Assembly (NCBI GenBank): GCA_013204395.1
Contig: JABMNZ010000008.1
Location: forward strand, 15,014-79,013
DNA length: 64,000 bases
Source: Parcubacteria group bacterium
Lineage (GTDB): Bacteria; Patescibacteriota; Patescibacteriia; UBA9934; GWF2-40-263
Direction: 5' to 3'
The translations under genes and the position numbers were made by a program. Numbering within the stretch: position 1 is the stretch's first letter; every line of letters starts with the position of its first letter. The notes below the pieces were generated by a model. That model was not told the origin of the DNA, did no database searches, and saw only the letters and a list, made by a program, of their open reading frames with translations. Shown here piece by piece: positions 19,017 through 29,276 of this stretch.

Positions 19017-19781
19017 CTAAATTTCCCCCATCAACCAGAGGTTTTCAAACAGATTCAGTTGGCCTAGTACTAGATCATTATTTTTAATCCTGATAGCAGT
19101 AACAGGTTGATTTGGAGTTGAAAATATCATATTTACCATCACTCCTGCTTCGGGATAAATGCGAACACCTGAAGGGTTTTCTATATTGTCAGGAAGATAG
19201 CGAATATCATAGAGATCTTCTTCCCCGGAAAGATCTTTCTGGAGCATTTGGCGGTGCGATTCATAAGAGATCATTCGAATCGTAATTCCCTGACCTCTGA
19301 TAACTTTATGGTAACGCTTCCAGAGGTGCCGCATGGTGAGTTCCATGAACTCTTCCCCACCTGTTCCAAGAATGTAAGACGTTCCACCACGTGGGACTTG
19401 TCTGATGAGTTCAGTTAAGAGCTCTAGGTAGGCCTCGTTTCCTTCATAGACAGTAATTTCTTGAACTGGATGAACCCCAAGCTCTGAAATTTTTGTAGCT
19501 ACATCCTTTGCAACTTCTGATTTTTGGATAAACTCCTGTTTGAGAATATTCGGGTCAGCAATGACAAACTGTTTTTTTCCTTTAATTTTGCTCTCAAGTA
19601 CATACTTTTTTTCAATGAGATGTTCTAAAGACGTATACACAACATTCCGGTGAAGACCGGTTTTTTTGATAAGTGGCCCACTTGTTACAGCTCCGAGCGC
19701 TGCTAATTCTAAGTACACCAAACTTTCATGCTCATTAAGACCTAGTGATAATAGATCGTTTTTTAAGGCTTTCTTATTCAT
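19017..19781 (-). CDS. TrmB-family HTH transcriptional regulator
   Basis: LGLNEHESLVYLEL...TGLHRNVVYTSLEHLIEK, ITVYEG. Confidence 0.85.
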   Translation of the reverse strand: MNKKALKNDLLSLGLNEHESLVYLELAALGAVTSGPLIKKTGLHRNVVYTSLEHLIEKKYVLESKIKGKKQFVIADPNILKQEFIQKSEVAKDVATKISELGVHPVQEITVYEGNEAYLELLTELIRQVPRGGTSYILGTGGEEFMELTMRHLWKRYHKVIRGQGITIRMISYESHRQMLQKDLSGEEDLYDIRYLPDNIENPSGVRIYPEAGVMVNMIFSTPNQPVTAIRIKNNDLVLGQLNLFENLWLMGEI

Positions 19782-19896
19782 GTGTTGATTCTATCACCTT
19801 TTTGGGTTGACAGCAATAGCATTATAGGGTATAGTCATTTGTCGAGTTGGAATACGTCCAGCGAGATGCAGGCAATGAAGCCTTTGGAGGATGAAC

Positions 19897-20091
19897 ATGA
19901 ACGTTTTTATCGTCATGAAGATTGACGGGTGGGCAAACGGCAACCCCAAGGTCCTAAATGGACAGGTGCTGAACGTCTATCAGGATCGGTCCAACGCTGA
20001 GAAGGATGCGGGGGATCGAAATGCCGCAGAAGGGAGCGAGTACATCTGTTTCGAGGTGATTGAACGAACGGTTCTCACCGAAAATAAGTGA
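19897..20091 (+). CDS. Small orphan protein
   Basis: SD GGAGG; TTGACA-17-TATAGT promoter at 19808. Confidence 0.6.
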   Translation: MNVFIVMKIDGWANGNPKVLNGQVLNVYQDRSNAEKDAGDRNAAEGSEYICFEVIERTVLTENK

Positions 20092-20219
20092 CTCCCCTGC
20101 CCGAGGGTAATCAAATATCGGGCATTCCATTGAGGTGATCAGCCCAATGTTGATTCTCTCATAGAATACACATGCACAAAGTATAAACATTGAGCATTTC
20201 ACAAAAAGGAAAAACCATA

Positions 20220-20594
20220 ATGATTCACAGGACCCCGTTCGTCATTTTTGACGGCACCTTGTATCGAGTTCATGACAAGGGCGAACTTGTGTCGGTCATG
20301 GCCTCCCGTGGAAAGGTGCACTCAACGGTGAAGTTGCTCGTCGAATACCCAGGCAATTACGACAGGCCGGAACCTCGTTTGGATATGCTCTTTAGTGAGT
20401 GCAACTGTCCTGTAAATGTGGACAATCACTACGACGAAGATTGCTCTTGCATTGGAGACACGATTTCTTCAGGCAAGTACTTCATCTTCGAGACAAGGAC
20501 GCCAATGGTGGGTATTGGCCTCTGTCACGAGCTGATCCGCGCTGGATTTACCAGCGAGGAGATCCTCCTCATCAAGGATGTCAAGCAGGATTAG
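20220..20594 (+). CDS. Orphan protein with Cys/His cluster
   Basis: SD-like AAAGGA; ECNC..H..DCSC. Confidence 0.6.
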   Translation: MIHRTPFVIFDGTLYRVHDKGELVSVMASRGKVHSTVKLLVEYPGNYDRPEPRLDMLFSECNCPVNVDNHYDEDCSCIGDTISSGKYFIFETRTPMVGIGLCHELIRAGFTSEEILLIKDVKQD

Positions 20595-20714
20595 CTTTGC
20601 AAACTCCCTCCCCGTCGGGTTCATAGACGGGATTCCCTTTTAGGAAAGAAATACTTTTTTCTTGAAAGGGAATCCAAGATGATCTTGGTGACCACCCAAC
20701 AACTGGAGGTTTCC

Positions 20715-21026
20715 ATGGACATCGATACCAACATTCAGCACACGGTTCACCCCCTGGTCGTGGAGTGGTTGGAGGCACTGATGCAGGCCTTTGACCTCAA
20801 GTTCGTCCAGGTGGGGCAACTGCTGGCCTATCACATTCCTGGAGTGGGGGAGTACGATCCAGAGCGTACGACGGTTAAGGCGACGATCACCTGCTCCACG
20901 GCCCGCTTCTCCTTCATGCTGAGTCGTTGGCACACGGATGAAGGTGAGGAGTGCTCTGATGTCTCCGCTGCAAAGGTTGAAGTAGACTTCTTCTACCACA
21001 ACAGCAGCTTTGGCAGAGCGTCGTAG
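20715..21026 (+). CDS. Orphan hypothetical protein
   Basis: SD GGAGGT, downstream hairpins and terminator. Confidence 0.6.
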   Translation: MDIDTNIQHTVHPLVVEWLEALMQAFDLKFVQVGQLLAYHIPGVGEYDPERTTVKATITCSTARFSFMLSRWHTDEGEECSDVSAAKVEVDFFYHNSSFGRAS

Positions 21027-21166
21027 TTCCCCAACCGCCCCTTCCGTCGGGCGAGACAACAATAGACGGTTCTGACCACCGAGCATTCTGCCGGTGGTTT
21101 TCCCTTTTCCAATTATCCAACGTTGGATAATTATGTCCTTGCTGTAATAAAAAATCCCCTGTTGCG

Positions 21167-22090
21167 TCAGGGGGTGAAGGTGAGGAGTACGTCGTCCACT
21201 TCCAAGAAGAAGGAGGGTGGAGAGTATTCCAGGTTGCAGCGATGTGCCCAGAAGTCGAGCATCGGCTGCATGTCTTGCTTGAGATCTGGCCTGCCTTGGA
21301 ACGTGAGGTTGTTGGAGAGTGCGAAGAGCGTGAAGCTCATGGGGCCGAGGTCCTGAGGCTCAATTGTTTCGACCAGAACTCGGTCTTGAGCGCGGCTCAT
21401 GAGCTCAGCGATGACCTCCTTTGGGTCGGCACTTCCATCTTTTGCTGCGTGGACCAGCGTTCCAGTCTGGCTCATCACTTGTCCGAGGTAGAGAGATTCA
21501 ACGGCCACGGGGTTCATCCCATAGTCCGTTAGAACATCTATGGCACACTGCTTGTAGCTCCTGAATGCATTCCTTGAGCACGATCGCCATGTGCTGACGT
21601 CCCATTCTCGATCCTTGGCTAGTTCGCGGCACTCTTTATCGATCTGACCTGGGGTTTCGGCACACTCGGAGCCAGCGATGGTGAATGCGAGTTTCGCGGC
21701 GTCGCGATCCCCATCTTCAATGCGGTATGCGAGAGCGTTTTGAAGCAGGTCTTCTGTTTGGTCTTGGTCCAGTCCACAAAGGGCGATCACACCTGCGGGG
21801 TCACTGCTGTTACCCGCCACCAGAAGCAGGGCTGAGAGATCCTCTTGAGTGACGCTTGAGTCAGCAAAAGCTTTGCAAGCCAGAGCGAACCGTTCCTTGT
21901 AGGAACTCAGAGCTTGCAAGGCCACGATGATCTGTTGGCGTTGTCGATCCAGGGCGACGGCACGCCCACGCTCGGTTGTTGTCTCGTCGCGGGGAGAGAC
22001 GACTTGGGATGTTTGCTCCCCACTTCTGAAGGAGAGAACTACCAGCAGGAGTATCAATGCAAGTAGAGTGACAAGGCAAGATCGACGCAT
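21167..22090 (-). CDS. Orphan exported/membrane-anchored helical protein
   Basis: SD GGAGGTG, MRRSCLVTLLALILLLVV signal/anchor. Confidence 0.7.
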   Translation of the reverse strand: MRRSCLVTLLALILLLVVLSFRSGEQTSQVVSPRDETTTERGRAVALDRQRQQIIVALQALSSYKERFALACKAFADSSVTQEDLSALLLVAGNSSDPAGVIALCGLDQDQTEDLLQNALAYRIEDGDRDAAKLAFTIAGSECAETPGQIDKECRELAKDREWDVSTWRSCSRNAFRSYKQCAIDVLTDYGMNPVAVESLYLGQVMSQTGTLVHAAKDGSADPKEVIAELMSRAQDRVLVETIEPQDLGPMSFTLFALSNNLTFQGRPDLKQDMQPMLDFWAHRCNLEYSPPSFFLEVDDVLLTFTP

Positions 22091-22178
22091 GGCACCTCCT
22101 CTATTCACTGTACTGGCAGAAAGCAAAAGACACCAGAGTAAAAGAAAAACCCGCTTGATTAGCGAGTAGTAGTAGTTT

Positions 22179-23447
22179 CTAGAGCTGGCTAAGCCACCAG
22201 TTCCACAGAGAGTTTTTAACTTCCCCAGAGTGCCAGTCTACGGCATACCCAGGCAGTCGTACCGATTTGAGAGCCTTGAGGTGATCACGAGTATTGGGAA
22301 ACCAGAGTGGTCCAATCTGTCCCAGGACCTGAAGGTGTCGATACATTTCGTGGTTGCGTTTGGTTCTAGTGAACTTGTCATTGAGATGATCACGGATAGT
22401 TGTGACCAACTGTTCCGTTGACCCACAGACGACTCGTCCGTTGTCTGCACGGTGAAGCCGTCCGATGATTTTGCGGTCCCAGTAGTGCTTGTCACTATCA
22501 GGATTTGGGGGAGATGTATCCTCCTCGTGGAACAATGGAGCCACCCAGAGCTTCTCTTGTGTGAACTTGAGAAACTCTTCGGCATCGGCGCGCGTGGCTG
22601 TCCGGACTCTGTTGCCCGTTTGTACTCCTACGACCACATACTTCCATCCACGTCGATCTCTCAGTGTCCGTCCACGCTCTAACTTGAGCAGTGTGGAGAA
22701 CAGCCGTTTGCGCCTATCGATGACGTAGATCAGGAATCGACGGTTTTTCTTCATCTGCACAGCTCGACACATCATGAAGTCGACCTTCAGCTGACCCATT
22801 TGCGCACGGATCACTTTTGTTTGGCGATTGATGCGACGCTTGTCAAATGCCAGACGGATTGTTCCTGTTGGTTGATCTGCATCCCTTACTTGAGTTGCAA
22901 ACCAGACGGTCTGAGAGACACTGGGAATAAAGACGCGCTCCCAGCAAAGAGCTTCGATGTGCTCAAGATCCTTTGCTACCCAGTACTCAGGGTCGTACTT
23001 CTCGATCGCGTAGATCTGCATGGCGATCCCGAGGTTTCGCCTTGCCTCGAAGTGTCGTCTGAATTCCAGATGAGAGGCGTGCGTTCCAGGGTCGGTTGAT
23101 GCCAACTTGAGCAGGTGCACTGGGTCCAGGCAGTTTGCGATGGTGTTATGCAGGGCAAGGCGGTCTCTGAGTGGGCGAAAGTGCTCACGGATAACCAGCT
23201 CTACCAACTCAACAGCTCTGCCAATGAAGAACGACATTTGTCGTCTGAACTCACGAGAACCAAGTAGGGCATCTACCCTGTCTGGATTTGAGTGGGTCTG
23301 GATGTAGGCGATGTAGAGCGCATCGCGGTCTTTCAGACCTTCTTCGACAAGACGTTTGTAGACCTGCCCCATCTCCGTGATGAGAGACATTTCCTCTGGG
23401 AGTGATCGGAACTGCAAGGCTTCGTCAGGGTAGAACTTTTTCAACAC
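22179..23447 (-). CDS. Divergent RelA/SpoT synthetase-like nucleotidyltransferase-fold protein
   Basis: Ordered motifs RKRLFSTLLK, DRRGWK, NPDSDKHY, TEQLVTT, NHEMYR. Confidence 0.55.
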   Translation of the reverse strand: MLKKFYPDEALQFRSLPEEMSLITEMGQVYKRLVEEGLKDRDALYIAYIQTHSNPDRVDALLGSREFRRQMSFFIGRAVELVELVIREHFRPLRDRLALHNTIANCLDPVHLLKLASTDPGTHASHLEFRRHFEARRNLGIAMQIYAIEKYDPEYWVAKDLEHIEALCWERVFIPSVSQTVWFATQVRDADQPTGTIRLAFDKRRINRQTKVIRAQMGQLKVDFMMCRAVQMKKNRRFLIYVIDRRKRLFSTLLKLERGRTLRDRRGWKYVVVGVQTGNRVRTATRADAEEFLKFTQEKLWVAPLFHEEDTSPPNPDSDKHYWDRKIIGRLHRADNGRVVCGSTEQLVTTIRDHLNDKFTRTKRNHEMYRHLQVLGQIGPLWFPNTRDHLKALKSVRLPGYAVDWHSGEVKNSLWNWWLSQL

Positions 23448-23742
23448 GTGGTAACTTCCTCAGGATCAGCAAGATGACGTTTGACGACTTTATGGGCTTT
23501 TTCCGTTCCAGTCAATCAGATCAACCAATTAAACCACTTTACTCTGAAAAACCGATTTTTTACCTAGTACAAGTAAGAAAAACTTATCCCCGTGGCTATT
23601 CCTTGACACCACAAGTATGTTGCTATAGTATTCCCGCCGTTCGTCGCAAAAACCGCGGCAGCTACGTACCGATGCGTTCCATCGGATTCGAGATCGTCCA
23701 AAGGCATCAACAACCCGCCTGAGGACACACTGGAGCAGACCC

Positions 23743-24909
23743 ATGATCCTTCGTACCCCCCGCTTCGGCACGTCACTCGTGCTGGCACTCGACCTCGACA
23801 TCGACCTCATCGGTCACCACTTCAACGCCCCCGGCAAGCCCCTCAAGGAGGGCACGCAGGACGTCAAGGTCAGGACCTACCAGGCGGCCAACGACGTCGA
23901 GTACTCGACCTTCAACGGCCAGTTCGACGCCGTCTCCGCGCTCGTGCGCGAGCAGGGCATCAACCCCGCGCTGATCCTCGCCGAGGGCGACAACGCCACG
24001 ACGCTGGACAAGAAGAGCACCCGCGACGAGCTCAAGCTGCAGGTCATCGCCATCACGCGGACCCCCGCGGGCATGACCCTGGCGCAGGCGCAGGCCTCCA
24101 TCGGCAAGTCGGACATCGAGTCCCGCTTCAAGAAGAGCTACGTCTACGTCCACTTCATCGCGGCGATGGACGACGGCATCGACATCTCCTCGGTGGGCGG
24201 CTCCAAGTACACCGGCCCCTGGGCGCAGTTCGCCAACGCCGTGCGGATCGACCGCTACGTCGACAGCGACACCCGGACCATCGCCGGCTCCAAGGGGAGC
24301 ACCAAGGTGGTGAACTTCTACGGCCGCAACGGTGACCGCACCACGCTGGCGATGTACACCGGCAGCCTCGAGAGCACCAAGGTCCTGACCAGCGGCGTCG
24401 ACATCGGCGAGCAGCTGCGGCAGGCCCCCAACAACACCTTCCTGCTGCAGGCGGTGCTGGACTCCAGAGCGCCCTACAGCACCAACGTGGACGCCATCGC
24501 CCGCTTCCTGGACGGCATCGACGCCGAGCTCAACTGGATCGAGCACGTCGTCGACGGCTCCATCACGGAGATGGCCGGCGTCGACGACACCAACAACTTC
24601 ATCTTCACGCTGCAGGATGGCGACTACGCCCACATGCCCGTGACGATGGTGCAGACCGACGAGACCACGACCCTCGTGCCCTCCAGCGCCTTCGGCGTGA
24701 AGGCGACGGACATCGGGAGCGACGACAACGTCGCCCAGATCGCCCGCGTGTCCTTCCGGACCGGCCTGCTGGTCAGCGTCGACCAGAACGGTGGCGAGGA
24801 GGCGATCCGCTTCTCCGACCTGAACCTGGGCAAGGGCGACGACTCGTCCTACGGCCAGCTCGTGGCCACCATGGTCAAGGCGGCCGGCACCGACCAGCTC
24901 GCGGCCTAG
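23743..24909 (+). CDS. Orphan 388-aa protein with extreme C/G third-position bias
   Basis: TTGACA promoter at 23603, SD GGAG, codons nearly all end in C/G, structured 3' UTR and terminator. Confidence 0.8.
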   Translation: MILRTPRFGTSLVLALDLDIDLIGHHFNAPGKPLKEGTQDVKVRTYQAANDVEYSTFNGQFDAVSALVREQGINPALILAEGDNATTLDKKSTRDELKLQVIAITRTPAGMTLAQAQASIGKSDIESRFKKSYVYVHFIAAMDDGIDISSVGGSKYTGPWAQFANAVRIDRYVDSDTRTIAGSKGSTKVVNFYGRNGDRTTLAMYTGSLESTKVLTSGVDIGEQLRQAPNNTFLLQAVLDSRAPYSTNVDAIARFLDGIDAELNWIEHVVDGSITEMAGVDDTNNFIFTLQDGDYAHMPVTMVQTDETTTLVPSSAFGVKATDIGSDDNVAQIARVSFRTGLLVSVDQNGGEEAIRFSDLNLGKGDDSSYGQLVATMVKAAGTDQLAA

Positions 24910-25103
24910 GTCGCACCTGAACGAAGTCTGACCACGTCAGGCTGCCCATGGAGTAATAAGGCCACACGCGGGTCTTGTTCCTCCCCCACGTCCCGCTTCG
25001 GCAGGCCGTGGGTTTTTTCTTTAACTGTGTTTTACTAAATCAAGCAAAATAAAAACCACAGCATGGTAGTTGCTGCGGAGACGTTGGGAGACATGAGGTT
25101 GGT

Positions 25104-25418
25104 CTAGGTGTGAATGCCGATCCAAGCGTAGTAACAGATCAGAATGGCCACCCCCAGGTAGGTGTGAATACCGATGTGAGTCAGTGTTCCAACGAACCAA
25201 TCGTCCTCATCTGATGGGAGGTGGATTCTTTCACCACTGACCAGAGCGAAGAAGGCGAGGACTCCAGAGATCAGCCCTATGATCCCCACGATTACCAGGG
25301 ATATCCACCAAAGCCATCCATTGAGGATGTTGAGGCTCAGGATGATGGGCATGCTGATCATCACAAAACCAATAGCAACTGTCAGTCCACTTCGTGCGTA
25401 CCACTTGAGGTAGTCCAT
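25104..25418 (-). CDS. Small orphan membrane protein (3 TM)
   Basis: Hydrophobic segments, AAAGG upstream of ATG. Confidence 0.6.
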   Translation of the reverse strand: MDYLKWYARSGLTVAIGFVMISMPIILSLNILNGWLWWISLVIVGIIGLISGVLAFFALVSGERIHLPSDEDDWFVGTLTHIGIHTYLGVAILICYYAWIGIHT

Positions 25419-25509
25419 GTAAGACCTTTCTGTCCATGGATAGGACGCCTGGATGGTGCAAGAATAGCTCTGTTTTGTCAATCCTTCAGGTGCGGTACAC
25501 TACCCACAC

Positions 25510-28188
25510 ATGACTGATAAACAACCAATATTTCTTGTCTTAGACGGGAATGCCCTGCTTCATCGCGCATGGCATGCTTTGCCACCCATGACCACAAAAG
25601 ATGGTCTTGTTGTAAACGCAGCCTATGGCTTTGCCATGATTACAGAGAAGATGATCGAGACGTTCAAGCCAGATTATATGGCCGTGGCTTGGGACTTGCC
25701 TGGTGGAACATTTAGAGATGAGATTTACAAGGATTACAAAGCTGGTCGAGAAGAAAAAGAACAGGAACTTTACGACCAGATTGATATCATTCAAGAAATT
25801 TTAGAAGCTTTTGGTATTCCATCGGTGGAAGCAGCAGGCTTTGAGGCGGATGACATAATAGGGACTCTTAGTGCCAAAGCAAGCAAAAAAGGTTACAAGA
25901 CATTGATAGTCACGGGTGATTTAGACGCTCTGCAATTAGTCGATGACGATGTGCATGTAGTCTTTTTTATTAAGGGGATCAGCCAGACTAAGATTTACGA
26001 TCGTGATGCTGTGCAGGAGCGCTATGGCCTAACGCCCGAGCAAGTAATCGACTATAAGGCATTGAAGGGAGATTCAAGCGATAACATTCCTGGGCTAAAG
26101 GGGGTTGGCGATAAGACCGCAGCGGCGCTACTGCAGGCTCATGAAACGATTGATGGAATTTATAAGGCTATTGAAAATGATGAGGTGGCGGAAAAGTTTG
26201 CAAAGAAGTTTCGTGGGTTTGAAAAAGATGTGGAGATGTCAAAAACTCTCGTAACCATTGTGAGAGATATGAAACTGGACTTTGAATTTTCGTCTGCAAA
26301 ATTGAGTTCTCCAGATTTTGAGAAGCTCTTACCCTTATATAAAGATTTGGAGTTTAGAACGCTCATACGTAAGCACAGTGGTGCTGGTGGTGCTTCTGAG
26401 ATGCCACCTCCCCCGATTGATAGTATGGATGTCGATAATTTTGATGGGGGGGAAGACGTGGTTGTAGATGGAGATATTCAGATAGTACGTGTTGGTCAAG
26501 AGTATTCGATCGAGAAGTTTAAAGGAGCTCCAGTCGGCGTGTTGATTGCAGAACAACCTGCGGACTTGTTTGGGGCTACCATGGCAGCACTCTCTGTTTC
26601 TGGAAATGGTCAGACAATCGTGTTAGTAAATCCGTCAGAAGAAGATCTGGAGAAGATTTTTGTTGGGCTCTCAAGTGCAGAGACGCTTGTAACGCATGAT
26701 CTAAAGCAGCTTATGCATCAGGTGGAGCGCCGGATTACGTTTCAGGCATTCGATACAATGATCGCTAGTTACCTGCTAAATGCAGGAACTCGAGCACATG
26801 ATCTTTCGATGGTGATTCACAATCACATAGATGAGAAAGTTTCAGAAATTCCCAAGATGTTTGCAAAGGAAAAGGACTATCAGAAATTTGGACAGGTTAC
26901 AGCTACACTCCCACGCCTGGCATTAAAGATGCGAGAAGCTTTGGTAGAGGCCGGTCAAGAAGAAGTTTTTGATGATATTGAAATGCCACTTGTACCAGTA
27001 TTGTATCAGATGGAAATTGACGGGATAGAGCTAGATACTGATTCCCTCGCAGTCTTTTCAAAAAGCTTAGCTAAACGAATAGATGAACTTTCTAACAAAG
27101 TTACTAGCCTCGCTGGAGAAGAGTTTAATTTGAACTCACCTTCTCAGCTTGCGGTGATATTTTTTGAGACGCTTAATTTACCAACCAAGGGAATCAAAAA
27201 AACAAAGACGGGATATTCCACCGCGGCAAGCGAGCTGGAGAAACTGTGGAATCAGCACGAGATTGTTCCGTTGATTGGAGAGTACCGTGAGCTAGCCAAA
27301 CTTCAGTCAACATATGTAGAGGCTTTGCCGAAGTTGGTGAAGAGCGATGGACGTATTCACACAACGTACAATCAGGCAGTGGCTGCGACTGGTCGTCTTT
27401 CTTCTTCTGAGCCAAATTTGCAGAACATTCCAATTAAGACCGAGCTTGGCAGAGAGATTCGCAAAGCATTTGTTGTTCCTAAAGGTAAAGTGCTTATAGC
27501 GGCTGATTACAGTCAGATTGAATTGCGACTGATTGCTGTCCTTGCAAAAGACAAACCGTTTATAAGAGCATTTCAAGACGGGGCGGATATTCACACACGC
27601 ACAGCCTCAGAGGTGTGGGAGATTGCTGAGGAAGATGTGACAAAGGATCAGCGCCGCGCTGCCAAGGCTATTAATTTCGGAATAATGTATGGCATGGGTC
27701 CACGATCCTTATCTCGATCGACTGGCTTGAGTTTTTCTGAGGCTAAAGAGTTCATTCAGAAGTATTTTGAAATACATACAGCAGTGCGTGATTTTATGGA
27801 CGAGACAAAGGCTCTTGCCCACACACAAGGGTATGTCGAAACATTGTTTGGAAGACGACGATACTTTCCTGAGATTGATAGCGGGGTGCCAATGCTTGTA
27901 GCTTCTGCAGAGCGCATGGCGATTAACCATCCACTACAGGGCACGGCGTCAGACCTAATGAAGAAGGCCATGCTTGCAACAGACGGATGGTTGAGAACCA
28001 GTGGGTGGCCAGCAAAGATGCTCTTGCAAGTTCATGACGAATTGGTGCTGGAGTGTGACAAGGCCGCTGTAGAGGCTGTGACAAAAGGCCTAAGAGAGAT
28101 GATGGAAGATGTTGCGAGCTTCGATGTGCCTTTAGTGGTGGATGTAGAGGTTGGGAAAACCTGGGGGGATATGTCGGAGATAGATTAA
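25510..28188 (+). CDS. polA: DNA polymerase I
   Basis: 5'-3' exonuclease (EADDIIGTL, GDSSDNIPG), ADYSQIELR, KAINFG, LQVHDEL. Confidence 0.97.
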   Translation: MTDKQPIFLVLDGNALLHRAWHALPPMTTKDGLVVNAAYGFAMITEKMIETFKPDYMAVAWDLPGGTFRDEIYKDYKAGREEKEQELYDQIDIIQEILEAFGIPSVEAAGFEADDIIGTLSAKASKKGYKTLIVTGDLDALQLVDDDVHVVFFIKGISQTKIYDRDAVQERYGLTPEQVIDYKALKGDSSDNIPGLKGVGDKTAAALLQAHETIDGIYKAIENDEVAEKFAKKFRGFEKDVEMSKTLVTIVRDMKLDFEFSSAKLSSPDFEKLLPLYKDLEFRTLIRKHSGAGGASEMPPPPIDSMDVDNFDGGEDVVVDGDIQIVRVGQEYSIEKFKGAPVGVLIAEQPADLFGATMAALSVSGNGQTIVLVNPSEEDLEKIFVGLSSAETLVTHDLKQLMHQVERRITFQAFDTMIASYLLNAGTRAHDLSMVIHNHIDEKVSEIPKMFAKEKDYQKFGQVTATLPRLALKMREALVEAGQEEVFDDIEMPLVPVLYQMEIDGIELDTDSLAVFSKSLAKRIDELSNKVTSLAGEEFNLNSPSQLAVIFFETLNLPTKGIKKTKTGYSTAASELEKLWNQHEIVPLIGEYRELAKLQSTYVEALPKLVKSDGRIHTTYNQAVAATGRLSSSEPNLQNIPIKTELGREIRKAFVVPKGKVLIAADYSQIELRLIAVLAKDKPFIRAFQDGADIHTRTASEVWEIAEEDVTKDQRRAAKAINFGIMYGMGPRSLSRSTGLSFSEAKEFIQKYFEIHTAVRDFMDETKALAHTQGYVETLFGRRRYFPEIDSGVPMLVASAERMAINHPLQGTASDLMKKAMLATDGWLRTSGWPAKMLLQVHDELVLECDKAAVEAVTKGLREMMEDVASFDVPLVVDVEVGKTWGDMSEID

Positions 28189-28263
28189 ACTTTTTTTATG
28201 AAAAAAGACCGCCTTGGCGGTCTTTTTGATTGCAGGTAGGTCGTGGGGTATGATGGCGCTGTT

Positions 28264-29226
28264 ATGTTGATATTTATCTACGGTGATGACACGTTTAGAG
28301 TTCAGGAGAAGGTACGTGTCATGAAAGACGCCTTTAAAGAGAAGTTTGATCCAACTGGAATGAACACAGCTGAGTATTCTGGGAAACTTGTTCTTGGAGA
28401 CGTGATTCAATCAGTAAGATCACTTCCATTTTTGGGAAAAAAGCGAATGATTGTCATTCGGGATCTGATTGATGTCACTGAGAAGGCGGACATGAAAGTA
28501 TGGGTTGAAGGCCTTGTTGATGCGCCAGATAGCTCCATTGTTGTTTTTTGGGAAACGGCCGAACCATCTAAGCTCGAGAAAAAGCCTCTTTTTAAAACAC
28601 TGCAGGAAGCTGCTGAAGTTCATCACTATGTCTTCCCGCAGTTACAAGGTGCTGAGTTGGGTAGATGGGTTGCTAAGCGTGTGAGAGACCGTGGCGGATC
28701 TATTGATGTGGCCGGACAGCGCGCACTTGTTGAGCGAGTCGGGGCAGATCTGTGGCAGATGGATCAAGAGATCGGCAAGCTTGTTGCCTATGCTGGTGAG
28801 GGACAGATTACCCCCATGATGGTAAATGACCTGGTTCATGCAAGTTTTGAGGGAAAGATATTTGGACTGATTGATGCAATTTCACAGCGTCGCACCAATG
28901 AAGCTATCAAACTTTTGCAGAAAGAAAGATGGAGCGGTGCAAATGACCATTATTTGCTTACCATGCTAGGAAGACAGGTTAGAATATTACTTGGAGCTAG
29001 GGCGCTCCTTGATTCTGATCCAGGTGCAGGAAAACAGAGATTTGCTGATGTTATGGGCCTGCATCCGTTTGTGGCAGGAAAAGCTCTTGATCAAGCTCGA
29101 AGATTTTCTATTGAATCATTAAGAAATGTTCACGATAAGTTGTATACTTTTGACTATCAGTTAAAAACAGGCCAGATCGCTGCTGATCTGGCTGTTGATT
29201 TGACTACAATAGACCTGATTACGTAG
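28264..29226 (+). CDS. holA: DNA polymerase III delta subunit
   Basis: MLIFIYGDD, SLPFLGKKRMIVI, QEIGKL, LHPFVAGK, DYQLKTG. Confidence 0.88.
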   Translation: MLIFIYGDDTFRVQEKVRVMKDAFKEKFDPTGMNTAEYSGKLVLGDVIQSVRSLPFLGKKRMIVIRDLIDVTEKADMKVWVEGLVDAPDSSIVVFWETAEPSKLEKKPLFKTLQEAAEVHHYVFPQLQGAELGRWVAKRVRDRGGSIDVAGQRALVERVGADLWQMDQEIGKLVAYAGEGQITPMMVNDLVHASFEGKIFGLIDAISQRRTNEAIKLLQKERWSGANDHYLLTMLGRQVRILLGARALLDSDPGAGKQRFADVMGLHPFVAGKALDQARRFSIESLRNVHDKLYTFDYQLKTGQIAADLAVDLTTIDLIT

Positions 29227-29276
29227 TTGGATCTAATTCCGGGTAACAAAAAACAGACCCTTGCGGGTCTGTTTTT

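Noticed and set aside
23773-24633. Long antisense ORFs here and at 50222-51244, 52361-53377 and 62775-63620
   Set aside because: Shadow frames expected from high GC3 on the coding strand; no SD or recognisable motifs
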